Position numbers and translations under genes: made by a program. The notes under the pieces are model-generated. The model ran no database searches. It saw only the letters and a list, made by a program, of their open reading frames with translations, and was not told the origin of the DNA. From Octopus sinensis (lineage: Eukaryota): a stretch of DNA of 64,000 nucleotides. This document shows positions 11,620 to 25,039 of this stretch, in pieces; within the stretch, counting starts at the first letter, position 1; every line of letters begins with the position of its first letter. The stretch spans positions 91,202,001 to 91,266,000 of the forward strand of contig NC_043006.1 of assembly GCF_006345805.1 (NCBI RefSeq), in the 5' to 3' direction.

Positions 11620-13560
11620 CTGTTGTAAACTATAGCAAAGGACATTTTACACCATTTTAATGAGTCCACAACTAATGAAATAGCCATCCTTATGGTTGGT
11701 GATCCCCATGGAAATCGTGATATTCTTATTTGTGCTCAAGATAACAACCTTAAATGTGTTTCAGAGACCCATTCCTCTTATCATGCTCTCCAGTATCCTC
11801 TTACTTTGTGGAATGGACAAGATGTGTATCATTTCAATATTCCACAGATTGAACCTGCAACGGGAGAGCCAATTACAAACAAAAAAGTGTTGTCAAGCGA
11901 CTTCTATTCTTACCAAATGATTTTAAGACCACAACAATCAAATCAATTACACCTGCATCATGATCTATTTCAGCAATACCTGGTTGATATGCTAAAGTTG
12001 AGAGTCAGCATCTCCTTTACATTTGTTACAATCAAAAAAACGTTAAGGCCTAAAAATTATGTTCATCTCCAAAATGCTCTGAGGACAGATGGTGAAATTC
12101 AAAACATGGCAGAACCTATAATCTTCCCATCATCATTCACAGCTGGTTCACAATATATGTACGAATGAATACCAGATCTTTCTATCACTTTCACCTGCAA
12201 CTCTAAATGGGAGGAAATAAAATCTAACCTTCTTCCAGTGTTGCATCTTATAGTATTGCAGCTACCCGCCTCAAGAACTGCTCATTTCCATGTTCAAGCT
12301 CCCTCTAAACCTTGCAATGAAAGAATCTCAAATGGGCAACATTTCTAAAATACTCTGCAATGACAACAGTTCTCCAACAAACTTGCTTCATTGTTTGAGA
12401 CGAGTGCACTGTCACATCGTGGAGCTCCAGAGGTACTTGACTGTACCCTCCAAGACATAAAAAACAGTAGCATGCTCATGGGAAGAGTAACAGTTCTTCT
12501 TGCAGGAGATTTTCGTCAAATGTTGCCAGTTATCTCCAAATAATCAAAAGCTGATGAGGTCAATGCTTGCTTCAAAATTTTTTATCTTTGGAGACAGGTG
12601 AGAAAAGTTCATCTTATAATCAACATGAGAGTACTTCTGCAAGGTGATCATACGAGCGTCTTAAGATTGCTGATGGGATATTAACATTCAACTCAAGACT
12701 TCAGCTACATGAATTTACATGCGGTCAAATGATACTTTCTCTTAGTGATCTTATGGATAAAGTATTTCCTAATTCATCTGTCAATTACACTGATGTAAAC
12801 TGGCTCTGTGAACCAGCCATAATAGTTCTAGCTAGTGAAATGGTTGATAAACTCAATCATGGACTTCTTCAAAAGTTAACAGATGCATCGGAAATGACTT
12901 TTTAATCAACTGACAACAATCAAGCAAGATCAGGTTGTTCAATACCCTGTTGAATTTCTGAACACACTTAAAGACACGGGGCTGCCACTGCATGAGTTGA
13001 CACTAAAGCTGGGTACTTCCATTATGTTGCTTAGAAATCTTAGAAATGTTGCTTAGAAATGGGTCCTGTGTAACAGGACCCATGTAATTGTTACTTCCAT
13101 GTAATTGTTACTTCCATGAAGCCCCATGTTCTTCAGGCAACAATCATAACAGGTAGTCACAATGGAGAAAATGTCTTCATTCCAAAAATTCTTTTCTTAC
13201 CTACAGATGTTCCATTTGAATTTAAGCCACTTCAGTTTCCAGTCAAACTAAGTTTTGATATTTCAATTAACAAATCTCAGGGGTCAATCCCTCAAGGTAG
13301 TTGCACTTGATCCCTCTACTTCAGGCGTCTCCCAAGGCCAACTCTATGTTGCTTGAGTTGGAAGCAGCCACAATTTATTCATTCGGACACCAACAAAAAA
13401 ATTACGCAATGAATATTGTTTACTCTGAGGTGCTTCAACATTGACAGATTTTCAATTCTAAATTCTATTATAATTACAGTTTGGATATTTTAAAATAAAA
13501 TATAGATATTTTGAAATAATTATGAGCTGTAACCCGAGCAATGCTGGGTCATTCAGCTAG
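11620..13560 (+). mobile_element. Helitron, internally deleted and pseudogenised RepHel, with intact 3' terminus
   Basis: Rep N region ALQYPLTLWNGQDVYH, FQQYLVDM, PSSFTAGSQYM, PDLSITFTCNSKWEEI. Pif1 helicase motifs VASYSIAAT, LLAGDFRQMLPV, IMLLRNL, QFPVKLSFDISINKSQG. 3' hairpin acccgagcaatgctgggt, then CTAG ending 13560, followed by T. Confidence 0.92.
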
Positions 13561-13690
13561 TGCAAAGATAATCTGGAACTTGACTGATGAAAGAAAACAC
13601 TGAATGACCCATCTTTGTTTTTTCTTGTCCCCTTTTTTGTATCATCTGTCTGGATGTTTTGCATTCTTGTCCCATTTTCTGTATTCCTTT
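13561..13690 (+). mobile_element. PLE-type terminal repeat fragment abutting the Helitron end
   Basis: tgcaaagataatctggaacttgactgatgaaagaaaacactgaatgaccc...gatgttttgcattcttgtcccatttt, then (TA)n; homologous to 4920-5080 (minus). Confidence 0.55.
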
Positions 13691-13841
13691 ATATATATAT
13701 ATATTATATATATATATATATAATATATATATATATATGTGTGTGTGTGTGGTGTGTGTGTGTGTGTGTGTGTGTGTAAGTTTGTATATATATGTATGTA
13801 AATGTACATATATATAAATATATGCATATATATTTGTGTAT

Positions 13842-13883
<42 letters not shown>

Positions 13884-15173
13884 AAATTAAAAAAGGAAAA
13901 TACACACACTTTACATAGTTTAATATAATTTTTAATATATTATGGTTTACATCATCATAAGTAAACCATAATATCATGAATAGCGAAAGTGAAACCAGTC
14001 GATATATTAAAAATTATATTAAACTATATATGTAAAGTGTGTGTTTTTTCCTTTTTTAATTTCTTATATATATATATAAATATATAAATGTGTATATATA
14101 TGTGTGAGAGTGTGAGTGTGTGTGTGTGTGCATATATGCATAGATATGTTTGCAACTTTCACCTATATACATTAGCAAAAGATAATAATGAGAAAATAAA
14201 AATAAAAATAATAAGTATATAAATAATAGTGATACCATTGCATGGCCAGTGTGCTTGAGCTGAAACTAGCAAAAGAATGAAAAATGGAAAGAGAATAAAC
14301 AAATGCTTTTTGAATTATGTCCATAAAGTCACAACCAATCGTTAGCCACAGCCAGTCTTTATTCACTTTCATCATTGGAGACAGAGTGAGCCAGTGATTG
14401 GTTGACCTGCAATCAATGAGGCTGTTTTACACAAAGAGTGACACAAAATAAAACCAAAAAACAAAATGGAATGACTGTTAAGAATCACTTTTGACTGAAT
14501 AGATCAATATCGATTGCTTAAATTGGTCCGAATAACCAGAAGGCAACAATGAAACTCAGTGAAAGCAATACAAAACGAGAGATGGTACTCACGGCAATGG
14601 CGGGCTTTTAGAATAATTTTGCTTCATTTTGGCTTTCATTATTTTATATTTGTTTTATTGTGTTTTACATTTATTAACTTTATTTATATTTATATTATAA
14701 TTATTTATTTATTTTATTGTGAGGTAGGGGTATTTCAGACACACACACACATGCACACACACAAACACACACACACTCACACACACGTCATCATCATCAT
14801 CGTCATCATTTGACATTTGCTTCCAATGTTGGAATAGGTCTGATCGGAACTGGTAAACAGAAGGGCTGCACCAAGTTCCATTCTGTTTTGGTTTGGTTTC
14901 TATAGTTGGATGCCCTTCCTAATGCCAACCACTCCAAGAATGTAATGGGTATCTTTATGTGTCACTGGTACAAGTGTCTTTTACATGTTACTGGCAATGA
15001 CCATCACTATGATTTCACTTGGATTGATGAGACTTCACAAGCACAGCAAATCGCCAAAGGTCTCAATCACTTGTCCTCACCTTTATGAAACCCAACACTT
15101 GAAAACCATGCTTCACCACCTCGTCCATGCCTTCCAAGGCATTTCCTTGCTATTTCCTTTCTCTCTCTCTCTT

Positions 15174-15238
<65 letters not shown>

Positions 15239-16246
15239 GCATCATCATTATCATCTTCATTTAATGTCTCTGTTTTATGCTTGTTGAAGTTAGATGGGTT
15301 GACAAGGTCAAACAGCTCCAAGAACAGGATTGCGTCATGCTTCAGTGTCTGTTCAGGTGTGGTTTCCACAGCTGGATCACCTTCTTAATGCTGATTGCAA
15401 GGTGATCACCAGCCTGTATGAGTTTTCGCAATCTGCTAGAAATGGCAGTGAAATCTCTCTCTTATTACATCATACTCTCTTAATAGAAAGGAAGTAAGCA
15501 TTAGATATTGTACTCCTCGGTAATATGCTTGGAAGTAAAAGGCAGGATAGTCACAATTGGAATGTCTTCCATTGTGGGTCTGCTCCATCAGAGCTACCTG
15601 GTGTTAAATGACAACAATAGTAGCAAAGAACTGGCAGCAGCTGGATCCTTTTTCTTCATAGGATTGTTCGGTCTTTGACTGACTTTGGACAACAACAACA
15701 ACAACGGCAATAACACGAAAATCTGTGTTGCAAACGACATCAGGATTGGAATATTTGCAAATGTTTTGCTGGTTGCTTTGGGTGTTAATTTTCTTGTGTT
15801 GGTTGGAGACGAAAGAATTATACAAGTCTGACCTTGTTTTCATTAATGTCAGAGTTTGCAAAGTAACGGCAGAGCTGATGACCTTTCTCACTGCTTCCAA
15901 GACGGGTTGAAGGCAATCAATTGCAAGAGTCATTAGAGTTTTGGGTAGAATGCCTGCTGTTTGGTATTTATTCTGACTTTCTGTGCTCTGAGTTCAAATC
16001 TAATCGAGGTCAACCTTGTCTTTCATCTTTTGTGGAGCTAATAAAAAACATCAGCAGTTGAGGGCAATGAATTGGTAGCATTCTTAGGGTGCCAGAGTGT
16101 ATGGCTTCTAGAATATGTTCTGAGTTCAAATCCTGCCTTGTCATAGAAAAAAAAAGATGATACATCTTCTTGGATCAGTCATTTGACAAAAACCTGTGGG
16201 AACATGGGTTTTCTTTGTTAAATCAGAAAACTCAAACACCACCACC

Positions 16247-16278
<32 letters not shown>

Positions 16279-17904
16279 GGCTGGTGTGTGGAACGAGACA
16301 AGAGAGAGCAAATTAACTGGACCTAAATGCTTGTGACAGACTAAAGTCAGAACATAGAAATAACAGTAGGATGATGAGAGGAGGGTGGGTGCTAAGTTAG
16401 GAGGAATGACAGACAGGTAGAAGGAACAGGTAAAAGAAACAGGTAGAAGGAACAGGTAGAAGGAAGTGATACTTGAGAATTTAGCATTTAGCAATGGGGT
16501 AAACCAAAGGCCAAAAATGAAAGAGGACAGAATTGAACAATGAAGAAAAAACGATGAAAAATGTAGATAAATGACGAAATGGAAAATTAAGAAATTAGTA
16601 AATTAAAAGAATTAAAAAACGACCCCAAATACCATTGAGTGAAGTCAGTCAATGACAGCGAAACGCCATTATGATGGATGTGACAATTGAGTGACAAACT
16701 ACAAACAAAAGAAAATAGTTTCAAATTTCAAATGGTACCTTTACAACTCAATTTGATCACGAACACTACAATTTCAAGGTTTAAAAGGGTCTTTTTAAGT
16801 GTTTTTGAAGAACAGAATCAAGTTTTATTAAGCTGTAGGATGCAACCCCCACCTCTCTCTCTCTCTTTCGCTCTCTCTCTCTTTCGCTCTCTCTCTCTCC
16901 CTCTCTCTCTTTCGCTCTCTCTCTCTCTCTCTCCCTCTCTCTCTTCCGCTCTCTCTCGTGGACAATAGTGACACATGTGAAGTGTAATAATCCCATTGTC
17001 ATTGGAATAATCTCAACGGATCGATGCTCTCCCCGTCCGATGTCTGCGATTGCTAAATCTGGTTGGATTTTAGTTTACAACTCTTAGAATTCGCCGGCTG
17101 AAGTCAGCTCATCTCCTATTTAAGTGACCCTTGTAACCTGGACGAGCAAGAAATATACTCCTCAGGTTTTTGTGCTTATTTCAAAGATTGGCCATTGCAT
17201 GGATTAAAAGCAGACGCCATGAAAAGATCAATAAACACTGCTTCAAAGATTGGTGGTACTTTTTGGTATTGGTCATGGCAGAAGATAATGGTATTGGAGT
17301 CGTTTAACCCTTTACCCAAGCTTTTTCTTTTTTTACCTCTTCAGATATAATATGTCGTGGACATCATTATCCATTGTTTCTCTTTTGTTAAGGGATGATT
17401 TGGCTGCTATTTCTAGCGAGTCAAACTACCACGTAATGGTTCCCCTCATTGATATTGATCGAGTTGTAGTGTTGTTGTTTAGCTTTGAGTCTGCTCTGAA
17501 CGAGCCGACCTGTGATCAATGACGTTCTACCCATGACCATGCATATGTGCAAGAATCACATTATTCACGTATTGTAAAAGAAATAGGGAATCATTTTGCT
17601 GCTATTTCTAGGCGGTCAAATGACCTTGTGTGAAGTAATCAGATTGTTGCATTCATGATGGCGAGATCGTGGTTTCAATTCCCAGACTAGGCAGTGTTGT
17701 CTTCGAGCAAAACATTTCATTTCATGTTATTCCACCGAGTCGTAAACGAGCGACCCTGCAACAGACTGGCGTCTCGTTTAGGGGTGTGGTCTGCTGAGGG
17801 AAGAGATGTTATGATCTCGGTCCTTTATGCACCATGGAAACCGGGTTGCCGACCCAGTGAGTTGTCAGACTCGAGAAATTTGGTGATGAAGGTTGAAAGG
17901 CAAA

Positions 17905-18190
17905 GTTGACCGCGGCGGGATTTGAACTCAGAACATAAAGAGTCGGAGTAAATGTCCTTCTTATGATAGGCACAAGATCGGAAATTTGAGTGGAGATACT
18001 AGCTGATTACCTCGACCCCAGTGATCAGCTGGTACTTAGATTATCGAATCCGAAAGAATGGAAGGTAAAGTCTACCTTTGCAGAATTTGAACTGAGAATG
18101 TAGAGACGGACAAAATCACGCTAAACATTTTGACCGGCGTGCTAACGAGTCTGCTAACTCACTGCTTTAGAAGTCTAAGAATATTGCGAA
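17905..18190 (-). mobile_element. Two SINE family A copies (minus)
   Basis: gatttgaactcagaac at ~17920 and aatttgaactgagaatg at ~18085 (reverse B boxes), plus reverse core ttatcgaatccgaaagaatggaagg. Confidence 0.7.
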
Positions 18191-18198
18191 CTGCCAAA

Positions 18199-18597
18199 GG
18201 TGGCGAGCTGGCAGAAACGTTAGCACGCCGGGCGAAATGTTTAGCGGTATTTCGTCTGCCGCTACGTTCTGAGTTCAAATTCCGCCGAGGTCGACTTTGC
18301 CTTTCATCCTTTCGGGGTCTATTAAATAAGTACCAGCTACACACTGGGGTCGATATAATCGACTTAATCCGTTTGTCTGTCCTTGTTTGTCCCCTCTGTA
18401 TTTAGCCCCTTGTGGGTTGTAAAGAAATAGAAATAGGTATTTCGTCTGTCATTACGTTCTGAGTTCAAATTCCGCTGAGGTCGACTTTCCTTTCATCCTT
18501 TCGGGGTCGATAAATTAAGTACCAGATGCGTACTGGGGTTCGATCTAATCGACCGCCCCCCCACCTCTACCAATTTCGGGCTTGTGCCTAGAGTAGA
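18199..18597 (+). mobile_element. Dimeric SINE family A
   Basis: ggtggcgagctggcagaaacgttagc (A box), ctgagttcaaattccgcc (B box), ttgcctttcatcctttcgggg core; second head-truncated unit from ~18437. Confidence 0.88.
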
Positions 18598-19654
18598 AAA
18601 GAATATTGCGAACTGTCAGATTTGGAATATGGTTACCTTGTCCTCCGTTGTGAGATATTTTGCATTTCAAGAGAGCTGATTTTGCGTGAATTTTGGGAAC
18701 TGAAAAATAATTAATTTTCTTGAAATGAAAACTGAGTGAGCTGCCTAAAGAAAGAATTTGTTTTTTTTTAAATAATAATAGTTAACTATTTGGTTTAGTA
18801 TTTTTAGTTAACATGATGTGTTATCTTAATGATCAAAATTTGTGACTGCGGGCAAGAACGAATTGTTCTTGCCTCGCTCAGTAAATGATATCAATGCATT
18901 GAAGGAGAAATTAAAAATATTCATCTTTTAACGAGAAAATGAAAATTCGAATCAGTTTCTGCACTTAAATATCAGAATGAATGTGCTGAAGAAAATGGCG
19001 ATTTTGCACAATATGTCGAAAGAAAAAAAAAATCAGGTTATTGCAAGAATGATTTGAAAGTCATTTTCGTGATTTCGCTGGGGAAGAAAAGAAAGGAAAA
19101 AGAAGGAAAACTGCATTCTTGCATTTAGAAATTTATTTTCACTCGGCGAACCAAAAAAAAAAAAAAAAAAAAAAAAAAGCACGAAGATGCTTCGTAACTT
19201 AAAAATGAAACTTATTGACTAGAAAACAAATTCATTATTGGAAATGAAATTTAATAAGCTTCTCTCCGTTCAAATTATTTTTGACATGAACAATACCTGA
19301 TAACCATTATTCAGTGAACATTATTTTAGAACGAAGATAATTTATCCAAAATTACATCTGTCGTTTCGGAACAACGTACAGATGTGAATAAATATTTTCA
19401 TTCCGAAAAAGTAATAAAACACAAAACGAGTTCACAACTGAATGATTCAAATCTGAAGAATTCTTTGTTATTCTCATTAAGTGAAACCACATTAAAAAAC
19501 TATGCGAAATTAAAACAGTCAGGAGTCTCGTTAAAATAAGTCATATTTATGTTGTTTTTATAGTAAATAATTATTTAGTTTTATTTTATTTTTAGTTTAT
19601 TAAATAACGTAAAAATGTTTAATATATCCATCATTTACCTCATATTTTAAAATT

Positions 19655-19990
19655 TGTTTCAGTCATTGGATTGCGACCACGCTGGGGCACCGCCTTGAAG
19701 GGTTTAGTCGAACAAATCAACTCCATAACTAATTTTTATAAAGTCTGGTACTTATTCTATCGAATATTTTCGCCAAACCGCTAAGTTACGGAGACGTAAA
19801 CAAACCAAAACTGGTTGTCAAGCGGTGGGGGGGAACAGACACAAGACAGGCTACCATACAGTTTCCGTCTACCAGATCTATTCACCAGGCATTGGTCGGT
19901 CCGGTACTAAAATAGAAAACAACTGTCTAAAGTGTCGCACAATGGGACTGAACTCGGAACCACTTGATCACAAAATGGAGCTTCTTAATC
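19655..19990 (-). mobile_element. SINE family B (minus)
   Basis: tttcagtcattggattgcgaccacgctggggcacc ... cagtttccgtctaccagat ... gggactgaactcggaacc: reverse complement of the 33595-33990 layout. Confidence 0.8.
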
Positions 19991-20224
19991 ACCGTGCCAA
20001 GCTATGTCTGTTAATATATTTTATAGAAAACTAAGCTGAGGGTGGTGAAGGGGTACACTAGATTTGTAATGACAGATTAAGAACTGAAGCATAAAAAAAA
20101 CAAACTGGTGTATGGGAAGTTAAATGGCGGACATTCTGATGTAGAGGTTGTCTTGGCAAACCGGGCGTCCCGTCACTCGGGATTTGCATGCGGGATGTCG
20201 GGGGGGACCGCTTGTGAATTCAAT

Positions 20225-20402
20225 ATTCCCACGAAACTTCTTCTATGAATCCTAATGGAACCGCGAATGGCTCGCTATCTCCAGTGACCTCGCACAGGAC
20301 CGTCGAGCGTGGGCCGCCATGGTTCGTGATGCCGTCAGGACCAGAGAAGAAGCCGGCTCAACCCGCCCTGGGTGAACGCCGTCACAAGTACAAGTAAGTA
20401 CT
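20225..20402 (+). mobile_element. 3' end of a second RTE-clade LINE with CAAGTA tail
   Basis: Translation NREWLAISSDLAQDRRAWAAMVRDAVRTREEAGSTRPG*, followed by tcacaagtacaagtaagta. Confidence 0.72.
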
Positions 20403-20834
20403 AGCTTTGAAGGTTGTTGTTGTTGTTGTAGTTGTCTTGGTGTTAACAATGAATGTGATAGTTACGACAGAGATGTGTTTGTGCTATATAATTGAAGATG
20501 TTCTTTTTGTTGTTGCTTAACCCTGGGTCAACCTTAATCGGGCCGACAGGTATACGAGCATTCAACAATATCTAAAATCACATTAAATGCATCTCATTAA
20601 GTTTCTTCCAGCAAATGCAATTTTCTTAAATTTTCACCTGAATATTTTCAGAAATGTACTTTTGATACAGTTTTGCTCGTTGATAACAAAAATTGCGTTT
20701 CTTTCTTTCTTTTCTTTCGTGGAATTAATAAAGGAGTTACAAGCATTTAAATTTATGCAATTTTAGCCGATCAAATGCCTTCATTGATGAAGTCCAGCAT
20801 CTCTCTTCCCCCCCCCTCTCTCTCTCTCTCAGAG

Positions 20835-21100
20835 TACTCTAGTAATGGGTTGTGGGGAGGGGTTCCTGTTGGTGCGTAGCTCGTAGGCATAACTAGAATT
20901 TCTTGAGTCCCCGGAGTGGCTCATCTATATCCCTCCAGGGCATCCTCTCTATAAGAACACAACTTCTCTGTAGAATGAGTTTTCGGTATCGTTGTTTGTT
21001 AGACATTGGTAGGTTCTTGAGGGAGAAACCTAAGTTTTGCTTCTCAAGTCCGATGGGGTAAGTATTTACTGTCAGAAGTCACACGTTTGGTGAATAACCG
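20835..21100 (-). mobile_element. Possible PLE N-terminal ORF remnant
   Basis: Minus translation with frameshift NLGFSLKNLPMS...YRKLIL...IERMPW...YELRTNRNP resembles the SLKNIP...RMRWK N-terminus of PLE proteins (recalled similarity, not searched). Confidence 0.42.
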
Positions 21101-21244
21101 TGTAGTATAATATATCATCATCATCATCATCATCGTTTAATGTCCGCTTTCCATGCTGGCATGGGTTGGACGATTTGACCGAGGACTGGCTAACCAGATG
21201 GCTGCACCAGGCTCCAATCTGATCTGACAGAGTTTCTACAGCTG

Positions 21245-21306
<62 letters not shown>

Positions 21307-21329
21307 CTTCTCTCTCCCAGTATATACAT

Positions 21330-22650
21330 AGGTTTTTAAGGACCAGTTTGGTGACTTAATAAAACAAGTCTAATCTCGCTAAGACCAAATGTATTTTAAT
21401 AAAAAATTGTGCCCATGTTCTCGGAAGCGATAGTATTGTGAGGATGACAATTAGTCTCTCTTTCAACAATGTACCAAACGTGGTTGTCCATGGGATTTGG
21501 CGAGTTTGGAGGCCACAAGCTCGGTGTTAGATGGTCGTAAAGATTGTCTGACGGTGCTTGAAACATACATGACATTTCATTACGTCCTTCATCCGTTCAC
21601 GGCTGAACAACTATCCTTCGAATCTAAACGTATTCAGCAGCATTAATTCTAAAACCCCGCGGAAATGTGTGAAGTGTCGTGATATGACCTTCGTTACTCG
21701 CCGCTCTTAAAAGCATCGCAGTCGCTGGAAACTTAGTGCATATCACATTAGGGGACATCAGAAGGATCGACACATAGCCATCTGTTGTTTCTTCTGTTAG
21801 AGTTTTGGTCTTGGTTGAAATAATTTTTCTCATCAAAGAAGAAAAAGCATGCCATGCTGGTGAGGACTTTTAACCTTGCTGGCGCATGTCAAACGGTTTC
21901 CCTGAGTCGTTGCGGACATGAATTGGCCTTTCGTCAGTCCATACGAATTGTATCAAATCGTCTCGTGTTCCATATCTCTAATAGTCCACCCTGGAGGTCT
22001 TCGAAATGACCCTCATTGATTTTCTGGGATTGTCATCGATAATGTTTTGATCCCTTCCGATAGATTACTCTGTCCTTATAATCTCCGAACATTTCGAACA
22101 GTTTTCTTTTCCCTTTCTCTCTTTGATACAGCTGAAATATTCCTTCCAGAGGCTTCCAGTTCCATATGAACTTTGTTTACAAAAGATCTCGTAACATTTC
22201 GAATGTTGACAATTTCTAAATTGCTCTATTCTGCCCACATTTCGCAACAATGGCTGCACGTCTTTTCGTTTCTTGCGTTAGCATTTTATCTGATAGGAGG
22301 AATCTGAAAGAAAGAGGAGATGTAGTGTAGGGGAATGCGCTGTAACAGTGCATTGCTGCATCCACCATTTGTTGGCGATTCCCTCCTACTCCTGCCAGAT
22401 GACACCGTTGCATCATCGAGGCATCGACCCTCCAACCAACGGGACTGTTTGGGTGGTCGTTGCTATTGAGGGTTTTACGAAATCCGAGCGCAAATCCTTC
22501 TTCAGCTCCTTTTAATTTCCTTTCACGAGACGCGAAGGAAACGTCGGGTCTTTTCTTTTATCGTCCCCGCACAGCACAAAAAATGAAAACCTTTTCATTG
22601 ATTTGAAGAGAGCAATTTACTGAATATCTTAAAATACCTCTTGCACCCTG
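21330..22650 (-). mobile_element. Decayed maT/DD37D-type Tc1-mariner transposon
   Basis: Minus translation across frameshifts FFFDEKN..NQDQNSNRRNNRWLC, TKFPATAM, SNEGHI...FPRGFRINAAEYV, LWPPNSP. End gcaccctg+TA at 22643-22652 matches the TIR start of the 62047-62911 element. Left end uncertain. Confidence 0.8.
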
Positions 22651-22899
22651 TATATAGATGTGTGTATGTATGTATTATGTATATATGTAAAAATATGTAC
22701 GTGTGTGCGTACGTGTGTGTGTGTGTATGCTTAATAATATTTCGCGAGTTTACAAAATTTTTCTGCTCGTCTCCTCCTCCTTTTCCCGGAGATTGATTTT
22801 TTTTTATAACCAAAAAGCAAACAACTGCAGAAATAACACGATAAGCATTATCGAATATCTATTTTAGCAATGTTCTTCACCTGACACACTCGGAAATAA

Positions 22900-22938
22900 C
22901 ATCTCTCTCTCTCTCTCTCTCTCTCTGTGTCTCTTTCT

Positions 22939-23026
<88 letters not shown>

Positions 23027-23053
23027 AAGAGAGAGAGAGAGAGAGAGAGAAAG

Positions 23054-23084
<31 letters not shown>

Positions 23085-23712
23085 GATAGTGAGTGAGTGA
23101 GGGAGAGAAAGAGAGACGATATATATATAGAGAAAGAGAAAGAGAGGGAGAGAGTAACAGAAAGAGAATTAATTGTTCCCAAAGTTGTTTTGTCTTTACA
23201 GAGTTACTGACTGATTGCATGTGTGAGTGTGAGTGTGTGTGTGTGTGAGTGTGTGTGTGTGAGTGTGCGTGCGTGTGAGTGAGTGTGTGTGTGTGAGTGT
23301 GCGTGCGTGTGAGTGAGTGAGTGTGTGTGTGTGAGTGTGCGTGCGTGTGAGTGTGCGTGCGTGTGAGTGAGTGTGTGTGTGTGAGTGTGCGTGCGTGTGA
23401 GTGTGCGTGCGTGTGAGTGTGCGTGCGTGTGTGTGAGTGTGCGTGCGTGTGTGAGTGTGAGTGTGTGTGAGTGTGCGTGCGTGTGTGTGAGTGTGCGTGC
23501 GTGTGTGTGAGTGTGCGTGCGTGTGTGTGAGTGTGAGTGTGTGTGAGTGTGTGTGTGTGTGTGTGTGAGTGTGCGTGTGTGTGAGTGTGTGTGTGTGTGT
23601 GAGTGTGCGTGTGTGTGTGAGTGTGCGTGCGTGTGTGTGAGTGTGCGTGCGTGTGTGTGAGTGTGCGTGCGTGTGTGTGAGTGTGTGTGTGTGTGTGAGT
23701 GTGTGTGTGTGC
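22900..23712. repeat. Compound microsatellite (CT)(TA)(GA)(GATA), then (GT/GTGA/GTGC)n
   Basis: Direct reading; explains His/Thr-rich ORFs 22864-23760. Confidence 0.96.
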
Positions 23713-25039
23713 TCGCGCGGAGAGGAACAATAAAACAATAAATGTATTATTTACTCCCAAAATTCTTTTATTCTTTTTTGCTTTCTTTGTATCTTATTAA
23801 TTGATAATATTGTTTTTTTCCCACCCCCCTCTGATGACTCTAAAGAAATGCAGAGTCAAAAAGAAAGAGAAATCCATTTTGCGATTTTACAGCATGGACG
23901 TTGTTGCTTATAAGATCAGATTACTTTAAAAGAAAGAAATGTGTTTTCTGGGAGGGGGAAATAAATGAATAAAAAGCCAGAAAAGGAAAGAGAAATGCCA
24001 GCAGGACCAGCAGGGTGGAAGAGGAAGGAGCCCGATTACCTGAGTGCTGCCCGAATGTTTTTTTTATTGAGAATAAGACGTGGAGAATGTTTTAAAACTG
24101 AGCGAGGGATATCGTTGCTAATGTGTGGGGTTTTTACGTTTGACAGCCTTTCCCTAACAATCAGTGAACTGGAGGTTTGTAGGTAGAAGAAAGGAAGGTA
24201 TTAGATTCTTGACTTTAAATTCCATCGGTCCCTTCCCTACCCAATTCCATCAACGTAAACAACACCCTGAAAGTAAATAAATCGGTCACCTATTTCTTTA
24301 GATATTTCTGTTGTAAGAAATGCTTTTGGCTTGTTAGGATTTTAGCGACATCACTTCCCCGTTCCCATCTTCCTACTAACTTCTTAAGCCAAAAACCCCG
24401 ATTATAACATTGTAGTGTGTCCACCTCTTTAATAAAAAGAACTGATAAGTTATAAGCAACGAAGCACTTTAAATACAACTCTTATAATCCCTTTATTTAT
24501 AATGTAAACCATTTCGTAGAAGAAGGTTGAGAGAGCAGAAGACTGCGAGAAAAACTAGGGCAAACTGTTTGTTATTGCATTGATCTTTCTTTATCATTAA
24601 CCGAAAGAAAACAACATAACAGGCCATTGTGTGAAATCTGGAAATGGGTGAGAAGCTCTGTGTCGATAGTGATGGTCATTATAAATTAGAAGAGAGGTTG
24701 CAGACACCAGAAATTAAATGAGAATTTGTACAATTAGTGTTAATATGTCCAGTTGTTGTCAAAGGCGGCGGCGAGTTGGCCAGAGTCGTTAAACACGTCG
24801 GGCAAAAAAAATACTTCGCGGCATTTCGTATCTTTCCATTTTGAATTCAAATGTCGCCAAGACCGACTTTACCTTTCGTCTGTTCGGGGCCGATAAAATA
24901 AGCTGAACAAGGTGGGCATTGAGGTGGACTTAGTCTCCCTCGAACATGCTGATGCTGGCCTTGTGCCAAACTTTGAATGCAACTTTGTTCAGTTGTGGAA
25001 AGTTACTTAGATAAGTTTCGGCCAAATTTGGCTCCGGCC

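Noticed and set aside
18199-18300. tRNA gene suggested by A/B boxes
   Set aside because: The boxes belong to tRNA-derived SINE heads; no cloverleaf or acceptor stem is evident.
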